Notes under the pieces: generated by a model | Told to the model about the DNA's origin: nothing | The model's database searches: none | What the model saw: the letters and a program-made list of their open reading frames with translations, nothing else | DNA from: Hydrolagus colliei | Lineage: Eukaryota | Direction: 5' to 3' | NCBI GenBank assembly: GCA_035084275.1 | Contig: CM068748.1 | Span: forward strand, 9,486,001 to 9,550,000 | Length of the DNA stretch: 64,000 nucleotides | Program-made: the position numbers and the translations under genes | Shown here: piece by piece, positions 51,906 through 64,000 of the stretch | Position numbering within the stretch: position 1 is the stretch's first letter | Layout: every line of letters starts with the position of its first letter

Positions 51906-53046
51906 TTTCCTTACCTTTTAATGTTGCTACCTGAAAGTAGAACTGAATTCTGAAGGTAAAGCAACAGTCGGACATTCCACGATGCATAGCAAAAGTCTTT
52001 AAATAATCACAAGCTACACATAATTGGTTTGTAAATCTTTTGCACTTATTTGGTGATGTTATATATCATTACATTTGATTTTAGTGCATTCAATGCATAG
52101 TAATGACAATTTTTCTGTATATAATAATGACTGCATCTCAACACTATCATGATTGCAGCATCAACACGTTAAATTGACTGTAAATATTCACTACAAAAGT
52201 TTACATAGTTACATCCTTAATTTATACAATTGTAGTTCAGTTTTAGTTTGAGCTTTATTTTATTTTTGGTGGTAGGGGGTTGTTTTCAGTAGTCTAAAAT
52301 GATGGATGCCTACTTATTGTGTGCTTACTCCAGAGCAAGATAGACATAATAACTACAGGAAGTCCATCTGAAGTTGTAAATGTCTGTTTGGATTCTTTTG
52401 AATCCTTCTGTAGATCCCATGTGGTGATTAATTTCTACACTATGTAATAGTGCACCATTGTTTTCCACTGATTCCTATGTATTTGGTATGTCTGCCATCT
52501 ACGTTACTGCTTGTCATTCACAATGATAAAACAATAATTGTTTACAAAGGGTAAAATGACTGTAATTCAAGAAACACTTAACTCAGCTTTATTAATACTT
52601 CAAAGTAAATGTAAATATTCAAATTCAATTTCTTTCTGGATATAGTTAAATAACTTCGATGGCGTCATGGCAAACTTTTAAGCCCACTGCCATAAGCAGC
52701 TACTAATTGTACAAGCTGATTATTTGTTTCTTGCTTTGTATATAAAATGCAAACACATGATATGCTAGCTGTTGTCTGCAATTGCTATATTCCAGAAAAA
52801 GATGGTAATAATTTTATATTTAGATCTTGGCTGAGTCATGCCTATCTTGTGTTAAATGTTACTAAAGCATAGCTGCTGGGGCTCTTTCTGAGGTTGTACA
52901 CATAGTTGTAGCTAATCAAACCTCCACAATATTTGAATCTCAATCTCTTTAATGTAAACAAAGTGGATTTTAAAAAGAATTAAAATGAAGATGGTTAACA
53001 ACATGGAAAAATAGACATCGACGTGGCATTTGCTGCCATTTTGTAG

Positions 53047-53113
53047 CTTTTGTAATAAAACCCCTCCAGTTGATCTCTTTTGTAATAAAAGCCCTCCAGT
53101 CTATCTCTTTTGT
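53047..53113 (+). repeat. 30-bp tandem duplication (2.2 copies), each full copy containing AATAAA
   Basis: cttttgtaataaaacccctccagttgatct / cttttgtaataaaagccctccagtctatct / cttttgt. Confidence 0.9.
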
Positions 53114-54099
53114 CTCTGCAGCTGTCAGTGAAACATAATAAGATTTGTGCTGAAATGCAGTTCTGGCTTTTTATTTAACTTCTGGGTTTGGCCTCCAATC
53201 AATGGCAACCTTTTGTTTTTCATTTAAAGCTTGGAAAATGTCACTTTATGTTTAAAAGTGCTATCATGCTAAATAAATTAAACATTAGCCAATACTTCCA
53301 AAGAAAGTCTTTTTTAAAACTATTCAAACATTTGCTTTCCGAGAACTTAACATTTGGTTGCAATAATTTCTTTTCAGTTCTACACTAAACATGTTTAACT
53401 GATGCTTCAGTATTACATATGGCTTTTTGGCAAACACACTGCTAAATCAAGAACTAGCTGTGCCTTTTCATTTTAACAACACATTAAAACTTCAGTTCTT
53501 AACCACATATGTTTGTCAATGTTATACCATGGTCACATCTGGTCTAGCTTTAAAAAGAGTATTATGGTCATAATAAGTATTGTGAAATCAGGATATATTA
53601 TTTTTGTTGGTTTCCGTACATGTGATTAAATGGGCACTTATGAGATTATTTGTTTGATTGTAGTTATATTATTTACTGAAATATTTGTTCCAAAGTGGTT
53701 GGTTTTCACAAGGACACATTGCTTAATATTTTCAGTGTATGTATCTTATCAGCAAGATATTTATACTGACACATTCATATTTTAATTTGTACTTTGTAAA
53801 TAATGACACTTTTGCATTTTTAGTTATTTAGCGTTTTTTCCGTATGGTGATTATCTGTATATAGTAAAAAGTAAAGACTAGTAACATTAAGATAAGTCCT
53901 GATAGTTTAAGGTTATTGAGTAACCTTTACGTTAGGCTAAAACTTTCAATCTAATGTTGCTGAGCCAACTGTAAACACTAAGTTTTTGTATGTTCTTAAA
54001 GTGTACTTCTTGGCAAATGCTTTTGATACTTTGTGCCAATAGTTTATCAATCACATAGCTGGCAAAATATTTTGTACTTTCTGATTCACTGTTATATTT

Positions 54100-54105
54100 A
54101 ATAAA
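54100..54105 (+). terminator. Likely major polyadenylation signal of ARID5B
   Basis: AATAAA with an upstream TGTA motif and downstream atttttgtgttttctt about 15-30 nt later. Confidence 0.6.
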
Positions 54106-55087
54106 GTTTTACTACTTAACATTTTTGTGTTTTCTTAAGAAGCAAGTTACTTAATTTCTAAAGGTTCAGAACTTTTTTTTCACAAAAAAAATCTTTCATC
54201 AGCAAACGTGCTCAGCACATAAGCAGGAACCTCAGCGTGCCTTCTGCAACTCATGGAATTACTGTAATGCAAATTAGATACAGACGGGATCAGAAAAGGT
54301 GCACTTTAATCAGGCAGTTACAACCACACGTCTTGTTTCACTACAAAGTGGTTTCGACATTACAGCCATGCAAAATATTGCAGTCTAACTAATTGAAGCC
54401 AAACTGGTGTCATTCCAAGATTTGCTGTAAGGTCAAAAATGACCCAATTTTGCACTAGCTGGAGTATAACTAACACAAGGTCATCCATTTATCTAAACCT
54501 TTCAGGTTCATTCAGCACCAGCTTGTTACAGGAAACACCACAGCAACATTGTATATTCTCAAGTTAAACATCACCATTTGAATAGCAGCGGCAGAATTCT
54601 GTTCACATGTTTTAAGAACTCATGCACAGAACGGTTCTTAAATTATACCAGTGCAAACCATACAATGTCATCACGAGTGAAGTCTCAAAATGAGCAGCTG
54701 AAATAATGGAAGTAATAAAATACTCAGTGGAATCAGGAGCAGTATAATCTTCCATTTTGCAGTATTGACATTTCTCATCTGAACTTCAAAAATATAAAGT
54801 ACAGAAATTGACCATGAAAAATGTCGGGCACGACAAATCATGTTTTTTTTTCAAAAAAGCAATAGTACAAGATTATTCTAGAAAACGATAAAGTTCAGCT
54901 CAGCCAAAGCTGCCCGCTGAAATGTTCCATAGGGATCCCTTTCACTGATGTCATCAGAACATGTCCACTTACATTCCCGTCAATTAAATGGATATCGCTG
55001 AGCTCCAGATATGGGTCCATTATTTTCAAATCGCATTGATACAATTGTAGAGTAGATTGTGATGAAAAGTCCTTTATAATGCACCAT

Positions 55088-55369
55088 ACTCCTGTAGTAA
55101 GGTAGCTCAGTGGTTAGAGCGCTCAGAAGATCTGGGTTGAATTCTAGGCAGGGAGAAACCGTGAGCAAGTTTCTTCACACACCTGATAATAATCCCTCGA
55201 AAAAAAAACAATAAAATTGGTCTTTTTAATCCACGACTGTTTGTGGGAAACTGCCGTGCACAATTGGCTGCCGTGTTCCTTTCACAAATATGGTATATTC
55301 AGTGAAGCGCTTTGACACGTCTAGAAGACATGAAAAGTGCTATATCAAATGCAAGGATTATTATTATAA
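55088..55369 (+). mobile_element. Near full-length tRNA-derived SINE
   Basis: A-box TAGCTCAGTGG (55103-55113), B-box-like gggttgaattct, tail tgaaaagtgctatatcaaatgcaaggattattattat. Confidence 0.87.
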
Positions 55370-55944
55370 TCAGAAACCAGTTTTCAAAGTTTAGCTTAAT
55401 GCCGGTTGCTTAGTCACAAAATAAGGAATGATGGATCAAAGGATCACACACAAAAAATTATAACCTTGAACCAAAACAGATTTTTTCTAAACAGATTTTT
55501 CTCTTATTCTCCCAAATCCAGTGTTCAGACTTCCTATACAAAAAGGCCTTTTCGAATATATTTTTTAAATTCAGGACAGGAATTCAGTATAGACAGAATA
55601 TTATGCCAGCAATACATGAAGTTCAACAGGATTTCTTTACAGAGAAACACAATAGAAAGAACATCTAGTTCATTGAATGAGTAAATAAGATCTGAGAATC
55701 TAAAGACCATTGTAATGAAATTACAAATGGGTTATTATTATTTTTAAGTGGAAAAATACTACCTGTTCTTTATAATTGTATTTCCTCCCTAAACACGTGA
55801 TACTAATTTTCTAAAGAAGGATTTATTTTATATTTAGCTCTTTTAATGTGTTTACATGTAATGTGTATATTACAGGAAGAGATGGAAGTTTGATACTCCT
55901 CATTATCTCATGTAAGCTGCCTCTCTTTAGAAGACTAGCTACTA

Positions 55945-56079
55945 GCTGGGTGCAAATTGGCTGAGATGTTCTCCCACAACATGCACAAGTCACTACACTT
56001 TTCAGTAAATCTTGCGAAGCGCTTTAAGATGCAATCCCAATTTGAAAGGGATACACCAAATACCAGGAATGTCATTATT
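55945..56079 (+). mobile_element. Degenerate SINE 3' half
   Basis: The stretch gcaaattggctg..gttctcccacaa..gaagcgcttt..tgaaaggga parallels the 55088 SINE. Confidence 0.55.
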
Positions 56080-56310
56080 GTTCTCTGGATATCCTCGCTA
56101 CAATATGTTCTGCAATATCCCTTATTTAAAAAGTAACTATAAAAAATGCTGTGGAGCTGAATGTGTTGTTCCCCCTGTGAAAAGCTTCCTAGTTAACATA
56201 AGAAAAGTTAGATAATAACAATGTTGCAAATTAACTATGTAACAAAGAATCATATAAACTACTTTTCCTAACATTACTGATAATTATTTACAGCTACCCA
56301 AACTAACATA

Positions 56311-56514
56311 CACTAAAAGCCCGTATATCTGGCACCCGATCAACCGTAACTTCCTTATAACTGGCATCGCAAAACAAAAGTCCACATTTGATCAACCGGA
56401 ATTTATCCGGAAAAATGCATTGAATTTTTTTTGCGTTTTCAGCCGAATATCTGGCACACGCTTTAACTGGCATTGGCCAGGCCCCAAGGGTGCCGGATAA
56501 ATGGGCTTTTACTG
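56311..56514. mobile_element. Tigger/pogo-like MITE, 204 bp
   Basis: TA|CACTAAAAGCCCGTATATCTGGCACCC...GGGTGCCGGATAAATGGGCTTTTACTG|TA. Both ends align with 3001-3144. Confidence 0.87.
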
Positions 56515-56521
56515 TATATAC

Positions 56522-56881
56522 TAGATATATCGGTTATATCGGTATAATTTTTCATATCGATATGCCGATATTGGAAATTTGAATATACAGATATATCGAA
56601 AAATTTGGTATTAAAAAAATCAGTATATCACAAAACATCGGTATATAGTGTCTGGCGATATATCGGTATAATACGAACTTTTTCAACATACCTTGTCACC
56701 AGCAATGCAAACCTCCTTGGCGTAGAGCTCGCATATCAGAATGCACGCACACATCGGAATGCGCGCGCACATCCGAATGCGCGCACGTGCACACAAGGTA
56801 AAAACCTGGTGATATCAATATATCTCGATATGAGCCCAGCGATATATCGATAGCGGAAAAATTCCATATCGCCAGACACTA
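56522..56881. mobile_element. Non-autonomous hAT-like DNA transposon with 8-bp TSD GTATATAC
   Basis: GTATATAC at 56514-56521 and 56882-56889. The right end ATATCGCCAGACACTA is the exact reverse complement of TAGTGTCTGGCGATAT at 56646. Many ATATCG/CGATAT subterminal motifs are present. Confidence 0.8.
56735..56788 (+). repeat. 18-bp minisatellite x3 inside the hAT-like element
   Basis: atcagaatgcacgcacac / atcggaatgcgcgcgcac / atccgaatgcgcgcacgt. Confidence 0.85.
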
Positions 56882-56894
56882 GTATATACATTAG

Positions 56895-57311
56895 GACAAC
56901 TGTGTTAGATTGGCTCACATCTTACTTCTGAGTCAGAAGGTTGTGCATCTAAACCAAACGTTAGAACCTGCAACTCGTATATTCTAAGATAATACTCCAA
57001 TGCAGTGCTGGGAGTATGCTGCATTATCAAAGGTGCCATCCTTTAGATGAGACATTAAACCGAGTCCCTGTCTGCCTGTTCAGACCATAGCACTACTTCA
57101 AAACAAAAAGGATCTTTTTTCACTTCCCCCAAACACAATTGGTTGTTCATTTCATGGCTGTTTGTGAGACATTGCTTTGTGCAGAATTGACTGCTGCATG
57201 GGACTGTCCTCCCAAAACACATTTTACAGGACTGTACATTATATCAAACACATTGGGATATCTTACTGATGTGAAAGGCAATATGCCAAATGTAAGGTTT
57301 ATTATTATTAA
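56895..57311 (+). mobile_element. Deu-domain-like SINE (AmnSINE1/SacSINE1 superfamily-like)
   Basis: The core ggagtatgctgcattatcaaaggtgccatcctttagatgagacattaaaccgagtccctgtctgcc resembles the DeuSINE central domain. It ends in an L2-like tail gtgaaaggcaatatgccaaatgtaag(att)n. Confidence 0.7.
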
Positions 57312-58459
57312 TAATGCAGAGTTCTATTCATTACACCGTCTTCAGTTACATCATATCTTGGGGCTGCTAATGCAGTATAAGATAATCACCGAGGTAAAGT
57401 TATCCTAGTCATGTAACTCCCAGATGTTGCATACACTGCCCCCACCCCCCACTCCCGCCCCCCCCAAATGCTTTACGTAGGAAGTGTTCATTGTGAAAAA
57501 AATTACTTACATCCTCCGGTTACAACAGTCCTATAATCCAGCATGGTTACCATACCTTCTGGCTGGAAGACTTTGCCCTCCTTTTAGCTACAACTACAGT
57601 TGACTATACTGTTTATCCTTTCTGAACTCTGCTTACTACTAAAGAACATTCCATCTTACTATGAATAATTCCTAGTATGTCCCAAGTGACTTGTATTTTA
57701 ACAAAGCACACAGAGTGGATACTGACATGGCTGACCTAGATTCTGTCTACTTAGTCTGAGTGAATTAACTGCACCGTGCAGTTCCACTTTATGGAGGAAA
57801 AATCTATTTCATCGATGTACAATCCACTTTCCCTGTCTGTGTAGGTTTGTCAGATTTTCTTTCTGTTGTCCCCCCTTTCTTATACCATAAAAATAAAACA
57901 TTCAACACACAATTATTTTAATATGAATTTTCTAATTCCTCGTTTGTAATTTATTTAGCATTGAGGACTATTTACCAATTACCAAGCAAACATTTTAAGT
58001 AATTACAAGCATTGTCTTTCTGCATTCAGGCCTGCTTGTAAAATAAATCAGATATGTCATGTTCATCACTTATTGCTCTGTATACAGACTACGTAATAGT
58101 AATGAGTTGGCTGAGAATGAAAATACTTCCAACCCAACACATGTCCATCATTAACATACCCTACAAGATTAAAGTACAGTTAGTATCAATTATCACATGT
58201 AGACTCCTTCCCTTTACACCATGCCTTCAATATTTTGGACAGATCTAAATAGTGAATAGAGTTCTGATGAGATAGAAGCTTGAATAACACAAAGCACATC
58301 AAGAGCATGGGTAATATCAAATAAAGATTTGTCTTTAGGCCTGTTCTAAGCTAGTTAGCATGAGAGTGAGATCTTTCAACATCTTTACAATAATACATAG
58401 TAATTTCTTAATATATTGTACCTTCATTAGCTATGGAAAAGCTTTCACAGTGGATTTTA

Positions 58460-58511
58460 CATTGGGACATCCTCCTGACGTGAAAGGCACTATACAAATT
58501 AAATTTTGTTG
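58460..58511 (+). mobile_element. Short L2 3' terminus fragment
   Basis: The stretch ttgggacatcctcctgacgtgaaaggcactatacaaat matches 10993-11030. Confidence 0.7.
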
Positions 58512-60809
58512 ATTTTGAATTGCATATTTACATTCTCACTGGGAAGTGTCAACAAATCCCTGAAATGACAGTTTGAAGCAGTCTGGTAATGGCTCATCTT
58601 GTTCACAAGATGTTTATCTTCACAACCTGCCCTGAAATCTTCCCAAGTAAAAACTGATGGTGTATAACGTGCAACAAAGACTATGGAGCACTTATAAAGT
58701 GCATCCTTAAATTTATAAAATGTGCATAGCCGGTATGGTAGAAAAAGGCAGTTTGTTGCAGTTAGACTGATACGCAACTCTCAAAAACTACAATGCACAT
58801 TGAAGGCTTAAAGAAAACCAGTGCCACAATTGAGAAGCATAAATATTAATGTTTTTAAAACTAAAACTTCTTTGTGATTACAGTTCCTGTAGACTTGATT
58901 TGCTTTTAGATAAATGCTAGTGGTTGAAGCTAATAACACTGTTTAATTGAAGGTTACAGTTCTATTGCTGGAGGTTCAGCAAACTAGTGAACAAAGTGCG
59001 GCAACTCGCATTGGAAAACTGAAGTCAATAGTGGTAAAGTCAGTTTTGGAACCTCTTAATATTATCTCTGCCTGAAGGGAAAAAGTAGTAATTGTTTTCA
59101 TCTGTCTCCAACCATATGAAGAAATCTTTTGCAGATTTCAACTCAACTCTGCTTGACATTGAACCGGATTTTACTGCACCATAATACACAAATTTACAAA
59201 ATACTGATACTATAGAAGCACAGAATCACCGTCCTCTCTTCCACCCCCGATCCCCAAATAACCAGTATTAAAAATTACATTGTATAAGGGGTATGCTTAT
59301 GTCAGTTAACTATTAGTCAATCATAAACAATGCAATTTTTGACTTTATAAACTTACAAATACATCAATTATTGCTCTAAAAGCATTTTTGTGAAGATTTC
59401 TGCATCAATCATCAGCACATAGCAGAAATTAGCACAATATAACAGCAAGATTTGGTTGGTAGCCATTAAAACTTGTCATATTGCAAAGCTTTTCAATGGG
59501 CAGTGGGGGATGGTCAATAGCAAGCCCATTAATAATAAAACATAAATATTAGCAAATGGATTTCAAGGATCAAAATGTAAAGAGTTATGGATAACAGCAA
59601 AACAGGCATCTGACAGGCCATTTGAAATGCAACCAACATGTGAAGCTGAAACAAAAAAAATTCTGATTCCCACTATTCCCAGAGGATTTCTTGTAGTGCA
59701 CATGAGTGGTCCCAGAATGATTCTAAATTTCATTGCATGTACTCTGAAGTGCAACCATGGAGTCTCTCGGCTCAGCAACAAAATCAATACTTTTGACTCA
59801 TTGAAACAATACACTCAAACAGTCATCACAGCAGTTCGGAGAATTTGTGTCGATTTTTATCAGGAGGTAATCTACTCTGAAGTTGTGCACATACTTTGAA
59901 TGAAACATGCTTCCACTTATATCTGCCTGCCCAAGTGACCAGAAACTCCAGCCCAGTTATACTCAGCTTGAACTTTAATAGCCCAGTTAATATTTTTGCA
60001 GTAGCTTTGTAATCCCACTACCAATGATAGAAAGTGATAGATGATTTTACTTTTTGCAAATTGGAAGCAAATGTCAAAAAATATTATCAATCCCAACAAA
60101 ATTACATCTGTAGTATTTGAATATTTTAAATAGATTTCATGGCACTGTACCTTTAAAACCGTAATATTCCATTAGGTTATAGGCCTGGCAAACTGAAGAT
60201 GGTCTAAAGGAAAAGATTGAAGTACCTTCCACAATTTCCAATATAGTCTTGGTTTGACAAATGACATCCACAATTGGCTTGGATTGTACCATTAGAATTT
60301 AAACATTTCCATTACATAATTAATTTTATAGATGCTTTCACTTATTTTATATAACAGAACCATCAATTAGTTGAACATGAATCTGTTATGAAATATCAAT
60401 CTGTGTGTTATTGAGATTTAAAAAAACTTCCAATTAAAACACATTAAAGTGTATGCAATATGTGTCAGAATTTAAATTTTAAGTAAATTACTTAGACAGC
60501 AATTAGCAAGTCAGTATTGCAAACTGGCATAATTATCATTTCAAGTAAAGTAACTAGGAAGCCCATTAACAGAATTTGTAAGATCTATAACTTGGTGGGA
60601 CAGCTATGACGATTTTCTATGTTCCTTCAGAAGCTATCAAATGACATGCAACGATCACTTTCTGAAATGTTCATACTTTAATAGCAAAATACTTTTTTTT
60701 AACAGTAGTCATCATACAAAATTGTTCGGAATTCCAGTTACTGTTATATTTGAATATTTGTATTCAAAATATTTTCTCTAACATTAATCCAAATTTGTTG
60801 ATTCAATTA

Positions 60810-61220
60810 GAAACATTGCAACATTTCTGTAGCACACTTCACAAGGGGTAGTGTCTCTTGGTCACCTAACAATAGTGTGGTTTGATGCTGAGCTGTAGAC
60901 ATGACTGTAGGCATGATCAATGAGGAAAGTCTTAGCTGTGGATGTCACAGGTTGAGTCTTCAACTGTGGATGTCTTCAGATGACGGTGAAGTAGAGGGGT
61001 CGAGGGAGGTGCAGAGGCCCAAGCAAAGGATACAGGTAGAAAAGTGGGAGAACAGGTTGGAGAAGTGGAGAGGTGGTCGGTAGTGCATGAAGTAAATTGT
61101 GAGTGGGCACAAACAAATTGAAAAATCAATCTAGTCTGTGACAAAGAGCCGGGCAATGACTGGGTTGATGGGGGTAAGTTTCGTACTGATGATATGGGTG
61201 GTGGAGTTTTGAATCAATCA
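60810..61220 (-). mobile_element. Highly degenerate L2-like fragment
   Basis: Purine/G-rich + strand with a layout like the 37312-37897 copy, including gtggtggagttttg near the end. Confidence 0.45.
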
Positions 61221-62520
61221 CAATTTTCAGATCACATCGACCATTTTCTAATGTCCTAATCAGCTACACTAGAAAACATACAGCCACACTTTAAGCAAAT
61301 TTCTTAAAATGTACTAAGCCACGAGATATCATGTTTGATAGTAGCAACTATTTTTGTTAAAAAGTCGTCAGCTACAAAATTATATTAATGAAAATGATAT
61401 TGTCACCCACCCACAAAATACAATCAAACCATTCTGAAGTATATCCCGTGAAACTATTTTACAGTATATCACATCAACGTGATAAGGTGCTACATCAAAT
61501 GCAAGGATTATTAGATGAACAAAATTATATTAATCAAAACAGAAGTACATAATTATTAAAGTAAAATTAACATCAAAATTAAAACATATTTCTTCATTAA
61601 GACTATTCCAGATCTATTAAGACTCAGCCCAGAAAGTATGAAATCCTGTCCACTTGTTCAAATCTGCTAACAAGGATTTTTGAATAATTTACCAATTATA
61701 GAAGTTGAGAAATTGAATTAAAAAATCTGTTTGCTGCTGAAAGTTTAGTCTCGACTGTACCAATATCAGCACAAGCAACTCATTGTTTGACAAAAGTTAC
61801 ATTTGTATGGATAAACAAATTTAAGGAAAACAATTAAATGTGTCCTTGGAAATTTACTTATTTTCAATGTTATAAATAAAAGTCATGTTGGTTTTTTCAT
61901 TTGGATAGCAGCTGGAGCCACTTCATTATAGCAAGCAGATCAAGAGTCATTCTGCACTTATTCTCTCCTTTTCCTCTTCCCTTGAGTATGCAAATTTTCA
62001 TATCACTGGGTTAGGTAACTTCCAGTTAGTCCATTTTATTCATTAGAAAACATCTAGATTAAATAGTCACCATGGGAGTAAAATCTGTGCTCCCAATTTC
62101 ACTACGATTTTAATGGTTATATGCCCTACAGGAATAACTTGCACTATTAATGTACAAGGATGAATAAAGTGTTCAGTTGGTACCATGACTTATTTTGTTC
62201 AAAAAATTATCAGTAAAACTACCTCTTCTATGTTTCTCGATAGACTCTTCACTTAGAAAGTAAAATTAAGAGAATTTACAAAATATTGTTATCGTGCATT
62301 TTGTATGCATTGTATTGGTAATTTGAAAAGCAGCTTCAATTTTATGAAACAATCAATTTGCTGACCATTCAAATCAATCCCTGAACAAGTCAAGTTCCAT
62401 CACTTTGGCACACCAAGTTGGCACACTTTGGCTGCTGTTCACCCCTGCAATGAAGGCTTCCCATCAACTATCTACATAACCTTTAGTTTCTGATTATTAG
62501 GAGTTCACCGTTTCTATGTG

Positions 62521-63074
62521 CTACACTTGAGACTGGACCCAACTTCTGGGATCAAGTTTGTTCTTGATGGGTCCTTTCTGACGTGGAGCAGGTACTGGTC
62601 TGTTGGGCAGCGGTGGCTTGGCTGCTGTCTGATTGCTGCCTTCATTCAGGCAAGCTTGACTGGCTAGAAAACACCTATTAGAAATGTCATTGGACCTGTG
62701 CATTTGCTGCATTGTAGAGGATAGTTTGGGAACCAGGACAGACATTTTTTGAGTTGAAACAGAGGTTTCCCAATTCTCTTTCTGGGATTGGTTGATGCAG
62801 GTTGCTTGTGGCTTGTATGGCTGTCTATCCACAGGAGGTGGAGGAGCTGGCCTCTTTTTACCTTTTGTGGATGAAGTTGTGGTGTTATCTTTGTTTTGAT
62901 CTGGTGCTTGTATATTTCTCTGGACAACTATATTGTGAGTGCCATCAAACAGAGCTGCCCATAGAGGGGGCTCAGAAACTTGCTGATGACCAAGAAGAAA
63001 TTCTCCTTCAGTTTCCTCAATTTTATTATGGATAATGTCCATCAAACTCTTGTCCTTCAGTGGTGACTCGATAG
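62521..63074 (-). CDS. RTKN2: Rhotekin-2 last coding exon; upstream exons lie beyond the window
   Basis: Minus-strand acceptor tttctatattttacAG (63075-63076), phase 1. Translates IESPLKDKSLMDIIHNKIEETEGEFLLGHQQVSEPPLWAALFDG...KPPLPNRPVPAPRQK...KLDPRSWVQSQV*. This matches the rhotekin-family C-terminus, and RTKN2 is the known convergent neighbour of ARID5B. Confidence 0.9.
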
Positions 63075-63869
63075 CTGTAAAATATAGAAAATTCAGTTTT
63101 GGAGTTTATCAATGTAGTTTTTGTCTGGACGGTGACAGTTCGCATTTTTGTAATACAAGCTTCACCTCACTAGTTTCTGTTTTCATACAATACATCAGGA
63201 TTTACATAGATTGTACAGTCTACTTACTAGGTTCATAAAAAGACTAGGTTCATAAAAAATAACATAACACGTTTTCATGCCTTATTGTAGTGGTGGAAGC
63301 AAACTGATAATGGATTCCAGTATTATGAGGAGAAAAAGCAATTTATACTGCCCACACCTCATCCCATTATCCTTAAAGTGAGGAGAGTTCTATGTACACA
63401 CATATAAGACCATATTCAGAACTCCAATATCAAGAATAAGTTAAAGTTAAATAAAATTACTAACAATAAAATACATTTGCTCCAAAGCCTTGGTCATGTA
63501 TTGGACCACACAAGAATGTTTAAACAATCAATTCTGAGTGGAGCCGGAATGATTTGGCACATGGTGTTCATACTGCAGAAATGAGAATTGATGTATATCC
63601 AAGCCATCTTCCAATGCGGCTGCAACATCAACCTCACTTATACTGCAATTGTTGTGTAAACACTGCATACCTTCACATATTATTAACAAACATAAATTGG
63701 TAGATAATAAATTAACAGGAAATAATATATTCCAAATCTTCAATTTGAATCAAACTGTCAACTATTTCCTCTTACACTTTTATATTGGTGTCTATAAAAA
63801 GTAGTATAAAAAGGTATAAATGTAGGAACAGATGTGGTTTATTCTTTTGATAATCAATTTATGGTACAC

Positions 63870-64000
63870 ATCCCGACTATTGGTCAAAAGGTAGTTCAGA
63901 CCCAACATTGGGATTCTGAGTTCATAGTCTAACTTGATTCTTGGGTACAGAGCTGGAGGAGCGCTACATTGTTAGGGATGCCATCCATTGATGACACCTT
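63870..64000 (+). mobile_element. Partial degenerate DeuSINE-like element running off the window end, within an RTKN2 intron
   Basis: The stretch ggagcgctacattgttagggatgccatccattgatgacac resembles 57010-57055. Confidence 0.45.

Larger units (their letters stand above)
51906..54125 (+). other. ARID5B: ARID5B 3' UTR
   Basis: AU-rich sequence after the TAA with no recognisable interspersed repeats. It ends near AATAAA at 54100-54105, followed by a GU/U-rich element. Confidence 0.65.

Noticed and set aside
56735-56788. CRISPR-like or other prokaryotic repeat array
   Set aside because: These are head-to-tail repeats without unique spacers, inside a eukaryotic transposon. No prokaryotic features were seen anywhere in the window.
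63226-63258. 17-bp direct repeat actaggttcataaaaa x2
   Set aside because: A simple local duplication in an intron with no sign of function.
63528-63743. Minus-strand ORF as the penultimate RTKN2 exon
   Set aside because: The translation does not resemble the rhotekin region following the PH domain; that exon probably lies beyond the window.

Overview
This is AT-rich, intron-dominated vertebrate genomic DNA, not microbial. The repeat content (CR1 and L2 LINEs, tRNA-headed SINEs ending in (ATT)n, Deu-domain-like SINEs) suggests a cartilaginous fish, possibly a chimaera; this is inference. The + strand carries the 3' part of ARID5B as six GT-AG-bounded, phase-consistent coding exons equivalent to human exons 5-10 (24523-24641, 24857-25061, 28346-28398, 31589-31686, 42846-43044, 49695-51905), followed by a ~2.2 kb 3' UTR. 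The first ~22 kb appears to be the long intron 4. A candidate internal first exon ends in ATG-G|GT at 22089-22092 and would give the short isoform (MAPNLKGRPRK..., 962 aa). The last coding exon of RTKN2 lies convergently on the - strand (62521-63074). I found no evidence for a wholly new biological system. The best leads are the internal first exon with uORFs, a Ser at the position of human ARID5B Lys336, a 79-nt intronic hairpin, six Pumilio elements in the 3' UTR, an intact class I PDZ motif on RTKN2, and two nested transposon clusters. Comparisons with human proteins and repeat families are from memory, not from searches.
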